Of a stretch of DNA of 64,000 nucleotides, positions 39,623 through 49,134 are shown one piece after another. The stretch is from an uncultured delta proteobacterium. GTDB taxonomy: Bacteria; Desulfobacterota; Binatia; UBA9968. How positions within the stretch are numbered: position 1 is the stretch's first letter; each line of letters begins with the position of its first letter. Under the pieces are notes generated by a model that was not told where the DNA came from, did not search any database, and saw only the letters and a list, made by a program, of their open reading frames with translations. The stretch lies in assembly GCA_963771465.1 (NCBI GenBank), contig CAVYTU010000017.1, forward strand, positions 128,001-192,000. The letters are read 5' to 3'. Both the position numbers and the translations under genes were made by a program.

Positions 39623-40603
39623 TCAACGGCTCTGGCCTGTGGCTTTGGCAAGGAATTGCCGGGTAAAAAATTTGTCCGGGCCGCCGAATTTTTTTGCTTC
39701 CGCCTCGATCCGCGTCGCGGTGATGAGCGAGTCGATATCATCCCGGGTGATTGAGATCGAGTAAAGCGTGGCGAATTGGTTGATCACCTGGCGCACTGTA
39801 GCCGGATCGCCGAATTTGTTTTTCTTGATGACGGCGGCGGCGACTTTCTCCTGATTGCCGCCGAGAAAATCCAGTCCGCGCTTGAGCGCCCGCAGCATGG
39901 CGACGATGCCCTCTGGATCGGTTTCGATCTTTTGTTTGCTGGTAACGATGACGACGAAGGGAAATCCCGGCATGACACTGCCGATATCGAAGAGCGATGA
40001 AAAACCTTTTCGTTCGAGCTCCAGTCGTTCCAAAAAGGAAAATGGCGAGGCCTGAATCTTGCCGGTCTCCAAAGCCTGGGCGCGGGCCGGACTGTTACCG
40101 ACGCCATAGAGAATTTTATAGTCGCGGTCGCGCACCAAGCCCTTCTTGGCCAAGCCTTCCACGGCGGCGAATTCGGCGACCCCGCCGGGACCGGTGACGC
40201 CGACGACTTTGCCTTTCAAATCATTGATGCCGGTGATTCCCTTGGCGCCGATCAACGTGTAGTCCATGTAAGGCTGCATGCCGCTGATGATTTGCATCGG
40301 CGCGTTTTGCACGATGGCCCGCACCGCGGCGACTCCAGCCACAAGTGTGTACTCCACGCCGCCGCCGACCAGCGCGGCCATCGCCGTGGGACCGCCGCGA
40401 ATCAAAACGGTTTTAACGTCCAACCCTTCGGCGGCGAAGAAGCCAAAATCCTGAGCCACAACCAGCGGCAATGTGCCGCTCAACGTAGGAGTGTTGGAGG
40501 CGAAGTTGACGGTTTTAGCGGCGGCGAAGGCGGCGCCGGCAAAACCGACGATGCTCAATGCCAGCAGTATAGCGAGACCCATTCGCCTTTGGGTAAAATT
40601 CAT
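39623..40603 (-). CDS. ABC substrate-binding protein (NMT1/SsuA-like)
   Basis: Signal peptide ending AFAAA; GFFAAEGLDV; DLKGKVVGV. Confidence 0.85.
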   Translation of the reverse strand: MNFTQRRMGLAILLALSIVGFAGAAFAAAKTVNFASNTPTLSGTLPLVVAQDFGFFAAEGLDVKTVLIRGGPTAMAALVGGGVEYTLVAGVAAVRAIVQNAPMQIISGMQPYMDYTLIGAKGITGINDLKGKVVGVTGPGGVAEFAAVEGLAKKGLVRDRDYKILYGVGNSPARAQALETGKIQASPFSFLERLELERKGFSSLFDIGSVMPGFPFVVIVTSKQKIETDPEGIVAMLRALKRGLDFLGGNQEKVAAAVIKKNKFGDPATVRQVINQFATLYSISITRDDIDSLITATRIEAEAKKFGGPDKFFTRQFLAKATGQSR

Positions 40604-40625
40604 GGTTCCGACGCTCACTGCCTTG

Positions 40626-41639
40626 CTAAAGTTCACGCGTGCTCTCGGCGAACAGATCTTCGATCTTCGGCTTTTTTGTGATGAGTCCTTGCTCGTGGGA
40701 AAAGTCGATGAGAGTTTGCAGCAATTTCCGGTTGGCTTTGACGCCGTATGGGAACGGATCGCTGCCAAAGAGTTCTTGAGTCTTGAGTAAATATTCTTTG
40801 CCAAAAAAGAGTCCCGACGGAATGCTTTCCGCCAACCTGGCGTTGAACTGTTCCTTGGCTTTGACAAAGGCGCTGTACAGGTTGAAAGCGACCCAAGGAT
40901 ACTTTCGATGGATGTCGCCGCGAATCGTGTAGGTGTGGTTTACCGGCAGAAATCCCCACTTATCGAAGAACCGTTTGCCTTCGGCGATGCGGTCGGTAAA
41001 GAGTTCTTTCACTTTGCTCCAGTCGTGCTCGGAGCCGGTAATGCGATGGGAGCGGCCGAGCTGGTTGGGCGCGTTTTTCCATGGACTGTTGATCGCCGCC
41101 ACGTCCAGTTCGTGCTTGACCAGCATCGACGCCAAGCTTTGGTCCGGCGGCACGCGCTGGAATGATATTCCTTTGGGCGGAGTAAAACCGGTGACGCCGC
41201 CGTGGCTCATATCCTCAGTGCGCTCCATGTACCAGTCGACCTTGTATTGCGACACGCCGAAGTCGTGTTCAAGAATGCCGCGCTGCCAGAGCGCCGCAGT
41301 TTGTTGATATTCACTGACGCCGATGCGTTTGCCGACGATGTCCTCAGGTTTACGAATTCCAGAGTCGGTGTGGTAGGAAAGCTCGGTGTGAAATAGCCGG
41401 CGGCTGGGAAAAACCGGCAACGCGATCATGTCGAGGCCGCGCTCACGGGCGATCAGATACGACGACATCGACATCTCGCCCACCGGGAATTCCATATCTC
41501 TAAGCTGGCGCAGGAAGGTCTCCGATGGATGCGAGTAAGTCGGCACAATCTCGATCGCTTCAGCCTGAACGATGCCTTTCATCAGCGGCTCGACTCGTTC
41601 GTTGAATGCGGAAATAAAGTTTAAACGTAACTTCGCCAT
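40626..41639 (-). CDS. 4,5-dihydroxyphthalate decarboxylase-like protein
   Basis: EMSMSSY, LPVFPSR, EYQQTAALWQRGIL, FLPVNH, DPFPYG..ANR. Confidence 0.8.
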   Translation of the reverse strand: MAKLRLNFISAFNERVEPLMKGIVQAEAIEIVPTYSHPSETFLRQLRDMEFPVGEMSMSSYLIARERGLDMIALPVFPSRRLFHTELSYHTDSGIRKPEDIVGKRIGVSEYQQTAALWQRGILEHDFGVSQYKVDWYMERTEDMSHGGVTGFTPPKGISFQRVPPDQSLASMLVKHELDVAAINSPWKNAPNQLGRSHRITGSEHDWSKVKELFTDRIAEGKRFFDKWGFLPVNHTYTIRGDIHRKYPWVAFNLYSAFVKAKEQFNARLAESIPSGLFFGKEYLLKTQELFGSDPFPYGVKANRKLLQTLIDFSHEQGLITKKPKIEDLFAESTREL

Positions 41640-41673
41640 TATATCTCCTGCTGGTTACTTCGTCGGGCTCTAC

Positions 41674-42696
41674 TCAACGAAGCTTGAATATTTCGTTATA
41701 GAGTCTAACTAGTCCCTCGAAGTCTTTGTAATCTTCGGGATTCTCCACGACCCGTTTGTAGCCGCGAAAAAGCCGCGGCGGATGAGGCTCGACGTCTTTG
41801 CGCACGGGAATGCGCTGCATGCCGCGCATCATCTCCTGTCCCTCTTTGGACAGGCTGAAGTCATAGTAGAGCCGGGCGGCATTGGGATTGGGCGCTTTGG
41901 CCGCGATCATAATCGGGAAGGCGCTCACCACCGCCGGTTCCAGCGGCACCCAGTCGATGGGCGCGCCCCTGGCCACCATGCGTTCCAAGGTTTGATTGTA
42001 CGCTACGATTAGCGGATATTCTCCTGCCCCCGCCAGTGCGACTCGTTCCGAGTTGCCGCGCATCATGGCGGGATCGATGGCCGCGATGCGGCGAAAGTAG
42101 CTGATCGCTCTCTCTCGCCCCCATGCGCGCATCAGCCCTTGCAGCATACCGTACGCCTCGTTGTCGAAGGACAGTTGGCCGCCTTTCCATTTTGGCTCGA
42201 CGAGCGCCTCGTAGGTCCTCGGCACATCTTCGCGTTTGACCAGCTTGGTATGCCATCCCAAGACGTATGTGACGACATAATAAGCTGTCCAGTAGCCTTC
42301 CTTGTCGACCAGATCTTCGTCGATTGCCTTGGCTTCCGGAGAGCGATAGGAAGCCAATAGTTTTCGCTCCATCAGCGGCGCATACATCTCGGCTCGTCCG
42401 GCAACGACATCCCAGGCGTGACGGCCAGCGCGCGCCTCGTTGAGAATCTTATTGAGCAGCGGACCGCCGCCGGTGCGAAACAGGGTGGGCTTGATGAACG
42501 GATATTTTTTCTGAAAGCGATCCACGACCTCCTTGCTCTGATCGAGAGTCATGGTGGTGTAGAAAATCACTTCGCCTTCTTTTTTTGCTCCTTCGATCAA
42601 GCGCGGATCGGGGTTCGCTTGCGAGCTGGCGAACTCGACGGCAAAAATCAATGGCAGAATGAAAGCGACGATGGCGGTGTGGCTTCCTACTTTCAT
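41674..42696 (-). CDS. Extracellular solute-binding protein (Fe3+/thiamine-type family)
   Basis: AKKEGEV, FQKKYP, PKWKG, APNPNAA...SKEGQ. Confidence 0.85.
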   Translation of the reverse strand: MKVGSHTAIVAFILPLIFAVEFASSQANPDPRLIEGAKKEGEVIFYTTMTLDQSKEVVDRFQKKYPFIKPTLFRTGGGPLLNKILNEARAGRHAWDVVAGRAEMYAPLMERKLLASYRSPEAKAIDEDLVDKEGYWTAYYVVTYVLGWHTKLVKREDVPRTYEALVEPKWKGGQLSFDNEAYGMLQGLMRAWGRERAISYFRRIAAIDPAMMRGNSERVALAGAGEYPLIVAYNQTLERMVARGAPIDWVPLEPAVVSAFPIMIAAKAPNPNAARLYYDFSLSKEGQEMMRGMQRIPVRKDVEPHPPRLFRGYKRVVENPEDYKDFEGLVRLYNEIFKLR

Positions 42697-42732
42697 GACT
42701 TCCCTCCCAGCTGAGGCGACGTTGTCGATCGA

Positions 42733-43743
42733 TTATGTGTCAAGCGTGCTCTCGGCGAAAAGTTCTTCGACTTTCATTTCGCGCGGCGTCAAACCTTGCT
42801 CGTGGGAATAGCTGGTGATGGTGTCGAGCATGGCGCGATTGGCTTTAATGCCGAACGGAAACGGGTCGTCGCCGATCAGCGCGCGCGTAGTCGCAAGATA
42901 TTCCTGTCCAAATATCAGTGCTGTCGGAATCTGCTCCGTCAATTTTTCCTGGGCAAAGGCCTTGGCGCGGACGAAGCCTTCATAGAGTTTCGCGGCGAGC
43001 CAAGGATGTTTGCGGTGAATATCGCCGCGGATGATGTAGGCGTGATTGACCGGTAGAAAGCCATGCTGCTGGTAGAAGCGCGCGCCTTCGGCCATGCGGT
43101 CGGGAAACAGCGGCTCGATCTTGCTCCAATCGCCTTTGCCGGTGATACGGCTGGAGCGGTCGAGCGTGTTGGCTTGCAGCACCCACGGGCTTGAGACGTG
43201 GGCGACATCGAGTTCGTTATCGAGGATCGTCGAGGCAAGGCTTTTATTACCGGCGATACGGTTAAAAGATATTCCCGGCGGCGGCCTGAAACCCGTCGCA
43301 CCGCCGTGGCTCATCTCTTCGCTCCGTTCCATGTACCAGTGAATCTTATATTGCGACACGCCGAAGTCATGTTCGAGAATGCCGCGCAGCCACAACGCCG
43401 CGGTCTGCTGATATTCCGCCACACCGAGACGTTTTCCCGCGAGGTCTTGCGGCTTCGTGATGCCTGAGTCGACGTGGTAGGACAGTTCGGTTTGAAACAA
43501 GCGGCGGCTCGGAAACGCCGGCAGGGCGATCATGTCGGCTCCCTGCGAGCGGGCGATCAGGAACGACGACATCGACATTTCCGCCACTTCGAATTCGCCG
43601 AACTTCAACTGGCGCCAAAATGTTTCCGCCGGGTGCGAATAGGTCGGAACGAGACTAACGCCGTCGAGCTTGATCGTGCCGTTCATCAGCGGCTCGACCC
43701 GCTCGTTAAAGGCGGAAATGAATCCTAGGGTCAACTGTTCCAT
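42733..43743 (-). CDS. 4,5-dihydroxyphthalate decarboxylase-like protein
   Basis: EFEVAEMSMSS, FPSR, EYQQTAALWLRGIL, DPFPFG; close paralog of 40626-41639. Confidence 0.8.
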   Translation of the reverse strand: MEQLTLGFISAFNERVEPLMNGTIKLDGVSLVPTYSHPAETFWRQLKFGEFEVAEMSMSSFLIARSQGADMIALPAFPSRRLFQTELSYHVDSGITKPQDLAGKRLGVAEYQQTAALWLRGILEHDFGVSQYKIHWYMERSEEMSHGGATGFRPPPGISFNRIAGNKSLASTILDNELDVAHVSSPWVLQANTLDRSSRITGKGDWSKIEPLFPDRMAEGARFYQQHGFLPVNHAYIIRGDIHRKHPWLAAKLYEGFVRAKAFAQEKLTEQIPTALIFGQEYLATTRALIGDDPFPFGIKANRAMLDTITSYSHEQGLTPREMKVEELFAESTLDT

Positions 43744-43754
43744 TGCGGTCTCGA

Positions 43755-44441
43755 TTATTTATCGAAGCCGTCGATGGACCAGATGTCGTAGAGCAGTTCC
43801 ATGCGGCGAAACGTCGCTTTGTAGGTTTGCTCCTGGAGCGCGGGTGAGTGGAGGTAGCGAACAGCGATCTCCTCGGCGAGACTGCTATGCTCTTCATCCG
43901 CTTCGGTATGGACAGTGAAGAAGCGCACGTCGTCCGGCTTCATATTGTAGTTTTTGAGCAAACCGTTGCCGATCGCTGCCGCCGCCGGACCGAAAGTTCC
44001 CTCCGCGCCGATCTGGATCGACATGACCACGAACCAGGGCAAAGTGTGGATGATGAGCTCGACGTAATAAAGATGAGCTGCGGTTGACGGACGCAGTTCG
44101 GCGGACTCCAATTGTTGCTGGGTTAGACCGATGGCGTTAGCGAAGCGAATCGCCAGTTCGTTATGACCGGCGCTACCGGTATCCATGCCGCGAGTCTCTT
44201 CTTCGACCACGCCCCAGAGCTTTTGAGCGATCTCCGGATCGTTGCAGGCGAGATAGCGCAGCATGGCGATGCGCGGCACCGCGGCGCGAAACTGATAGTC
44301 TTGAAGCGCCCAGGCGCGAATCTGCTCCATGGTCGCCGTACCGTTGCAGACGGCTTTCAAGAAAGGATGTTTAATGCGGATTTTGGGAAACGCTTGGATA
44401 TCTTTCTTGAGCTGTGCGACGAATTCTGCGGATGTGGCCAT
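43755..44441 (-). CDS. Heme-oxygenase-like diiron protein (TenA/PqqC/CADD family)
   Basis: KHPFL, EEE...GHNEL, GAEG, FFTVHTEADEEH. Confidence 0.8.
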   Translation of the reverse strand: MATSAEFVAQLKKDIQAFPKIRIKHPFLKAVCNGTATMEQIRAWALQDYQFRAAVPRIAMLRYLACNDPEIAQKLWGVVEEETRGMDTGSAGHNELAIRFANAIGLTQQQLESAELRPSTAAHLYYVELIIHTLPWFVVMSIQIGAEGTFGPAAAAIGNGLLKNYNMKPDDVRFFTVHTEADEEHSSLAEEIAVRYLHSPALQEQTYKATFRRMELLYDIWSIDGFDK

Positions 44442-44510
44442 GGTGAAACTCCTCTTAGTTTTTGCACCAATTTCTGGAGTGCATAGCTTATCAATCCAGG
44501 ACTCCGGTGA

Positions 44511-45239
44511 TTACTCCAGTTGGTTTTTGCTTCCTTGCAGCCGGCTGACGAAATACTCCCAACCGCGCATGGGGAAACGTTGGTCGGCATTGTACACTTC
44601 CAACTCTTCCGCGGTCAGATAGCGCGGCTCGCCGTGTAGCAGCGCGAGATGATTCCACTCGCCGAGCATGGCGAGCCGGGTCGTGCGTTCGATGACTTGC
44701 TCGATGCTTTCGCCGACGACGGCGTCGCCGTGGGAGCGCAGTAAGACCACCGGGCCGGCGCCGAGCGCGGCGGCGAGCTCGTTGCCGCGCTCCACCGTGC
44801 GCACCAAGCCGATGCCTTGATAGATGGGCGGGCCGTCGGCGGAAAGAAATTTACCGTAGTGATGCATCGGCTTGAGCTTGATCGGCAAGACGCTGAAGAT
44901 CGTGCTCCACTTGGAATGGGTGTGCGCGACACTGACGATTTCTGGACGAGCTTTGAAGATGCACGCATGAATCGGCCACTCGTTGGGCGGCGTCTTGGCG
45001 CCGTCGAGATAGTTGCCGTCGAAGTCCTGCATGATCAGGCGATCGCGAGTCACACAGCCGGGACTAACGTTGGCGATGGTAATAAACGCATCCGCGCCGG
45101 GCACGCGCACGCCGATATGACCGTAGCCGTCGGTGACGCCCTCGTGATCGAGAATGTGACAGGCGGTCATCAACTTATCGGTGAGCTCTCTAAGATCGGA
45201 TGAGTCAATGGTAGGAATATCTTTGCGATCGGCGGGCAT
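44511..45239 (-). CDS. Class II aldolase/adducin family protein
   Basis: GYGHIGVR, EWPIH, VAHTHS, LLRSHG. Confidence 0.9.
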   Translation of the reverse strand: MPADRKDIPTIDSSDLRELTDKLMTACHILDHEGVTDGYGHIGVRVPGADAFITIANVSPGCVTRDRLIMQDFDGNYLDGAKTPPNEWPIHACIFKARPEIVSVAHTHSKWSTIFSVLPIKLKPMHHYGKFLSADGPPIYQGIGLVRTVERGNELAAALGAGPVVLLRSHGDAVVGESIEQVIERTTRLAMLGEWNHLALLHGEPRYLTAEELEVYNADQRFPMRGWEYFVSRLQGSKNQLE

Positions 45240-45311
45240 GGCTGCTCCTTCAAACTGAACGCGTGATGAATTAATTTATTGTCGCGACTCTAGTGGCCGG
45301 TTATCGCTCTG

Positions 45312-46034
45312 TCAAGCAACGCGCCGCTCGCCCAGCCGGCTCAAAAAATATTCCCATGGGCGTGCCGGAAAAGAGCGGTCGCCGGCGAAAGTCGCCAGTT
45401 CCTCTTCGGTCAAGTAGTCCGGCCCACCGTGGACCGCCGCTAAGTGCGACAGCTCGCCGAGAAACGCGAGCTGCACCGTGCGCAGGATAGCTTGCTCGAC
45501 ATTGGCGCCAACCACTGCGTCGCCGTGAGCGCGCAGCAAAGCGGCTGCGCCGTCTTTCAATGTGTCGGTTAGCGCCTGGCCTCGCTCAACGGAAGTGATC
45601 AGCCCGGCTTTGGGATAGATAGGCGCGCCGCCGACAGGAAGAAATCTGCCGTACATATGCACCGGACGCAGGCCTTTTTTCAGCACGCTAAATAGCGCGC
45701 TCCATTTGGAATGGGTGTGGCATACGCTCATGACGTCCGGGCGCGCGCGCATGATGCACGCGTGAATCGGCCACTCGTAGGGCGGCGGCTTGGCTCCGCC
45801 GAGAAAGTTGCCGTCGAAGTCCAGCAAAACGAGCTTGTCGAGTGCAGCGCAGCCGGGGCTCACCTGGGCGATGGTGAGAAGCGCGGCCTGTTCCGGTACG
45901 CGCGCACTCACATGGCCGAAGCCGTCGGTGATACCCTCGCGGTCGAGGATCAAACAGGCGTTGACGACTTTCGCTTTAAGCTCATTGAGTTCGCTAGAAT
46001 CGAACGCAGGTCCTGTGTATCGCGCGCTGGCCAT
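45312..46034 (-). CDS. Class II aldolase/adducin family protein
   Basis: GFGHVSAR, EWPIH, VCHTHS, LLRAHG; tandem paralog. Confidence 0.9.
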   Translation of the reverse strand: MASARYTGPAFDSSELNELKAKVVNACLILDREGITDGFGHVSARVPEQAALLTIAQVSPGCAALDKLVLLDFDGNFLGGAKPPPYEWPIHACIMRARPDVMSVCHTHSKWSALFSVLKKGLRPVHMYGRFLPVGGAPIYPKAGLITSVERGQALTDTLKDGAAALLRAHGDAVVGANVEQAILRTVQLAFLGELSHLAAVHGGPDYLTEEELATFAGDRSFPARPWEYFLSRLGERRVA

Positions 46035-46153
46035 TAATGCTCCTCTGATATCGTAAGATCGCAGATCGGTTCTAATTGTGCGTGAACGGGGTGTCAAGTC
46101 GCGCGGATTTTACTAGAGTTAAGGCGACTGTCGTAATAGAATTCGCAGCGAAC

Positions 46154-46723
46154 ATGATATCTTTGAGCGCTGCCTCGCTGACGCCGCATCCGTGGAATGT
46201 CGGTCAATTGGTCTATAGGGTCGAAGCCGAGCTGTTCTTCGATGAAAGCCAAAGGCTTAAATTAGTTTACCGAATAAATGGAGCACTGAATCGGCTCAAA
46301 GTTCCAGTTTCAAGCCAACCGCGGCACGCGGATGGCCTTTGGCAGCACACTTGTTTCGAGGCATTTATCAAAGAGAGCGGGAGTTCAGATTACTATGAGT
46401 TCAATTTCTCTCCTTCGGGCGAATGGGCGGCATATGCGTTTCGTAGTTACCGCGATGGCGGACGATTTGACGACGATTCGATGGATCCGGCGATCTCTGT
46501 AAATATAGAAGACGACCGTTTGGTTCTCAATGCGGCGATTGGTTTGGCTCGGTTGCCGGCAATTCGATCGGCGACGAGACTCCTGATCGGGTTGTCGGCG
46601 GTCATCGAGGCCATCGACGGTTCGCTTTCCTACTGGGCGTTGAAACATCCGTTGGACAAGCCTGACTTTCATCATTCCGATTCCTTCGCTTTGGAACTCG
46701 CACTTCCCGGAGAGAGAGCTTAA
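46154..46723 (+). CDS. DOMON-like domain protein
   Basis: LWQHTCFEAF, YYEFNFSPSGEW, SYWALKH...PDFH. Confidence 0.8.
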   Translation: MISLSAASLTPHPWNVGQLVYRVEAELFFDESQRLKLVYRINGALNRLKVPVSSQPRHADGLWQHTCFEAFIKESGSSDYYEFNFSPSGEWAAYAFRSYRDGGRFDDDSMDPAISVNIEDDRLVLNAAIGLARLPAIRSATRLLIGLSAVIEAIDGSLSYWALKHPLDKPDFHHSDSFALELALPGERA

Positions 46724-46735
46724 AATAGCCTCACA

Positions 46736-47947
46736 ATGAAATTCGGAATCGACCGACTGATCGAAGAGCCGACGCTGCGAAAGCCGCTCGCTGGAAAGCG
46801 TGTCGCTTTGCTCGCACATCCGGCGTCGGTGACACGCGACTTGATGCATTCACTTGATGTCTTGGCGGCGCTGCAAGAAATTAAGTTAACTGCGGCGTTC
46901 GGCCCGCAGCACGGACTTCGCGGCGACAAACAGGACAACATGATAGAGTCGGCCGATTTTAATGATCCGGTGCATGGCATTCCGATTTTCAGTCTCTACG
47001 GGGAAGTGCGCCGGCCGACGGCCGCGATGATGGAGAGCTGCGATGTGCTGCTCGTCGATCTGCAAGATGTCGGCTGCCGTATTTACACGTTTGTCACGAC
47101 GCTTCGCTACGTTCTTGAAGCTGCCGCGCAGCACAAGAAAGCTGTCTGGATACTCGATCGGCCCAATCCGGTTGGGCGACGGGTGGAAGGATTGCGCTTG
47201 CGACCGGGTTGGGAAAGTTTCGTCGGCGCCGGGCCGCTGCCGATGCGCCACGGTCTGACACTCGGCGAACTGGCGAAATGGTTTGTGCGCACACTGAAAC
47301 TAGATGTGGAGTGCGAAGTCATCACAATGGAAGGTTGGAATCCCGCGGCCGCACCCGGCTACGGTTGGCCGCTCGGCGAACGAAGCTGGGTAAATCCCAG
47401 TCCCAACGCTCCGAATCTCTCGATGGCACGCTGTTACGCCGGAACTGTCATGCTCGAAGGCACGACGCTGTCGGAAGGGCGCGGCACGACCCGCCCGCTG
47501 GAACTCTTCGGCGCACCGGACATCGACCCACGCGCGTTGTTGAAAAAGATGGCATCCCTGGCGCCCGAGTGGCTGCGCGGCTGCCGCCTGCGCGAGTGCT
47601 GGTTTGAACCGACCTTCCACAAACACGCCGGTAAGCTATGCGCGGGCATTCAAGTCCACGTCGACGGTCCGGGTTACGATCATGAATGGTTCCGACCTTG
47701 GCGACTGATGGCGTTGGCATTCAAAGCACTGCGTATTCTTCGACCCGATTATGATCTCTGGCGTGACTTTCCGTATGAATACGAGCACGACCGGCTCGCG
47801 ATTGACTTGATCAATGGTAGCGAGCTGTTGAGAGAGTGGGTCGATGATCAAGTCGCGATGCCGGACGATCTCAATGCGGCGGCGATACTTGATGAGAAGT
47901 CATGGCAAGATGAACAGGCACCCGTGCTGATCTACGATAAGGCCTAA
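46736..47947 (+). CDS. DUF1343 exo-beta-N-acetylmuramidase NamZ family
   Basis: FGPQHG, SLYG, DLQDVGCRIYT, LDRPNP, RHGLTLGE, PSPN, SEGRGTTRP. Confidence 0.9.
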   Translation: MKFGIDRLIEEPTLRKPLAGKRVALLAHPASVTRDLMHSLDVLAALQEIKLTAAFGPQHGLRGDKQDNMIESADFNDPVHGIPIFSLYGEVRRPTAAMMESCDVLLVDLQDVGCRIYTFVTTLRYVLEAAAQHKKAVWILDRPNPVGRRVEGLRLRPGWESFVGAGPLPMRHGLTLGELAKWFVRTLKLDVECEVITMEGWNPAAAPGYGWPLGERSWVNPSPNAPNLSMARCYAGTVMLEGTTLSEGRGTTRPLELFGAPDIDPRALLKKMASLAPEWLRGCRLRECWFEPTFHKHAGKLCAGIQVHVDGPGYDHEWFRPWRLMALAFKALRILRPDYDLWRDFPYEYEHDRLAIDLINGSELLREWVDDQVAMPDDLNAAAILDEKSWQDEQAPVLIYDKA

Positions 47948-48116
47948 GCCACCTAATCCGCTTTCGTCCAAATCGAGTATAGACTTACACGAGTATTCTT
48001 TTCGCCTTCGCAAATCTTCTTATCGGTAAGAATCGAGGTGGGAGATTCTCGCAGAAGTGAGAAGGTAAGTCGCGGCCAGATACATTTTCCCTCGCAAAAA
48101 AGCGGCAAGCTCTTAC

Positions 48117-48132
48117 TGGCATCCCTCTTGCT
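48117..48132 (+). promoter_or_regulatory. Sigma54 -24/-12 promoter with upstream dyads
   Basis: TGGCATCCCTCTTGCT; upstream TTCTTA-TCGG-TAAGAA (48017-32) and TGGGAGATTCTCGCA (48039-53). Confidence 0.75.
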
Positions 48133-48170
48133 CATAGTTGAATTAAATACTTGCGAGCGTGGAGGGATAA

Positions 48171-48887
48171 ATGTTTACGGACAAAATCGAAGCAAAAGAT
48201 TTCGACAAGATGGACCCAGAGTATAAAGAACTTTTGGGCCATGTGTTGGCCATACAAGCGGACTGCGAGATCGGTGGACCGCATCTTTACGTCGAGACCA
48301 TGTTACCGGCGGCGCCGACGAAGCTGGACCAACTCATCATCGCGCGCACTGCGGCGGAAGAGATCGATCACTTTCGCAAAGTCGCCCGCGTCGCCGGTGA
48401 TATCGGCGTCGATGTGTCGTTCGTGTTGAGCCAACCCAATGAGAAGCGCTTCGTCGACACGTTTCGCGGCTTGATCACGACTTGGGAAGACAACGCGGTT
48501 TTTGGTTTTTTGATCGACCGGGTTGGCCGCTATCAATTGGAGGAATTTTACGATTGTAGTTACCTGCCGCTACAGCGGATTCTTCCCGACATTGTCACTG
48601 AGGAACTCGGCCACATCGAGTATGGCTACAACAAAACCCTCGAACTGATTCAATCGGGGGATGAAGGAAAGGCAAGGACGCAAAAGGCGGTCGACTACTG
48701 GTACGTGCGCGCCCTCGATATGTTCGGCCGTAGCGCCTCGATCAAATCCGAGCGCTATCGGTACTGGGGTCTTAAGCGCCGGTCCAATGACCAGGCGCGC
48801 CAGGACTATATCAACGAAGTCGGGCCGATCCTCACACAGATGGGGTTGACGGTTCCCGATCCAAACAAAGGCCGTCGTTACATGTAA
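48171..48887 (+). CDS. Ferritin-like diiron protein, PaaA/BoxB-like (aryl-CoA epoxidase family)
   Basis: QADCE, EEIDH, LIDRVG, CSYLPL, EELGH, ALDMFG, WGLKRRSND. Confidence 0.75.
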   Translation: MFTDKIEAKDFDKMDPEYKELLGHVLAIQADCEIGGPHLYVETMLPAAPTKLDQLIIARTAAEEIDHFRKVARVAGDIGVDVSFVLSQPNEKRFVDTFRGLITTWEDNAVFGFLIDRVGRYQLEEFYDCSYLPLQRILPDIVTEELGHIEYGYNKTLELIQSGDEGKARTQKAVDYWYVRALDMFGRSASIKSERYRYWGLKRRSNDQARQDYINEVGPILTQMGLTVPDPNKGRRYM

Positions 48888-48904
48888 TCCACACAGGAGG
48901 AAAT

Positions 48905-49096
48905 ATGCCGCAAGCAGTAGCTAACATTGAACAGTTGGATGAACACCTGATGGAGGTCGTGCGCGCGCTTCACAGCGCGGTCAGACAAGGCGTGTCTCAC
49001 AAGGACAATTCCAAGGTGATGGATACGGCGATCAAAGATTGTAAAGAAATGCTCGATGAGGTGATGAAAGGCAACGTCAAAGAATGGCTGAATTGA
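48905..49096 (+). CDS. Small hypothetical helical protein (63 aa)
   Basis: Strong RBS CAGGAGG; about 18 bp after the diiron gene. Confidence 0.75.
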   Translation: MPQAVANIEQLDEHLMEVVRALHSAVRQGVSHKDNSKVMDTAIKDCKEMLDEVMKGNVKEWLN

Positions 49097-49134
49097 CACA
49101 GCGCATGGAGCAAGCACGTCATTGAGGCGAATCC

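Noticed and set aside
43755-44441. Calling pqqC or tenA
   Set aside because: No pqq or thi neighbours; only family-level similarity
44463-44483. NtrC-like site TGCACCA...GTGCA
   Set aside because: Spacing does not match the 17-bp consensus and no sigma54 box was seen nearby
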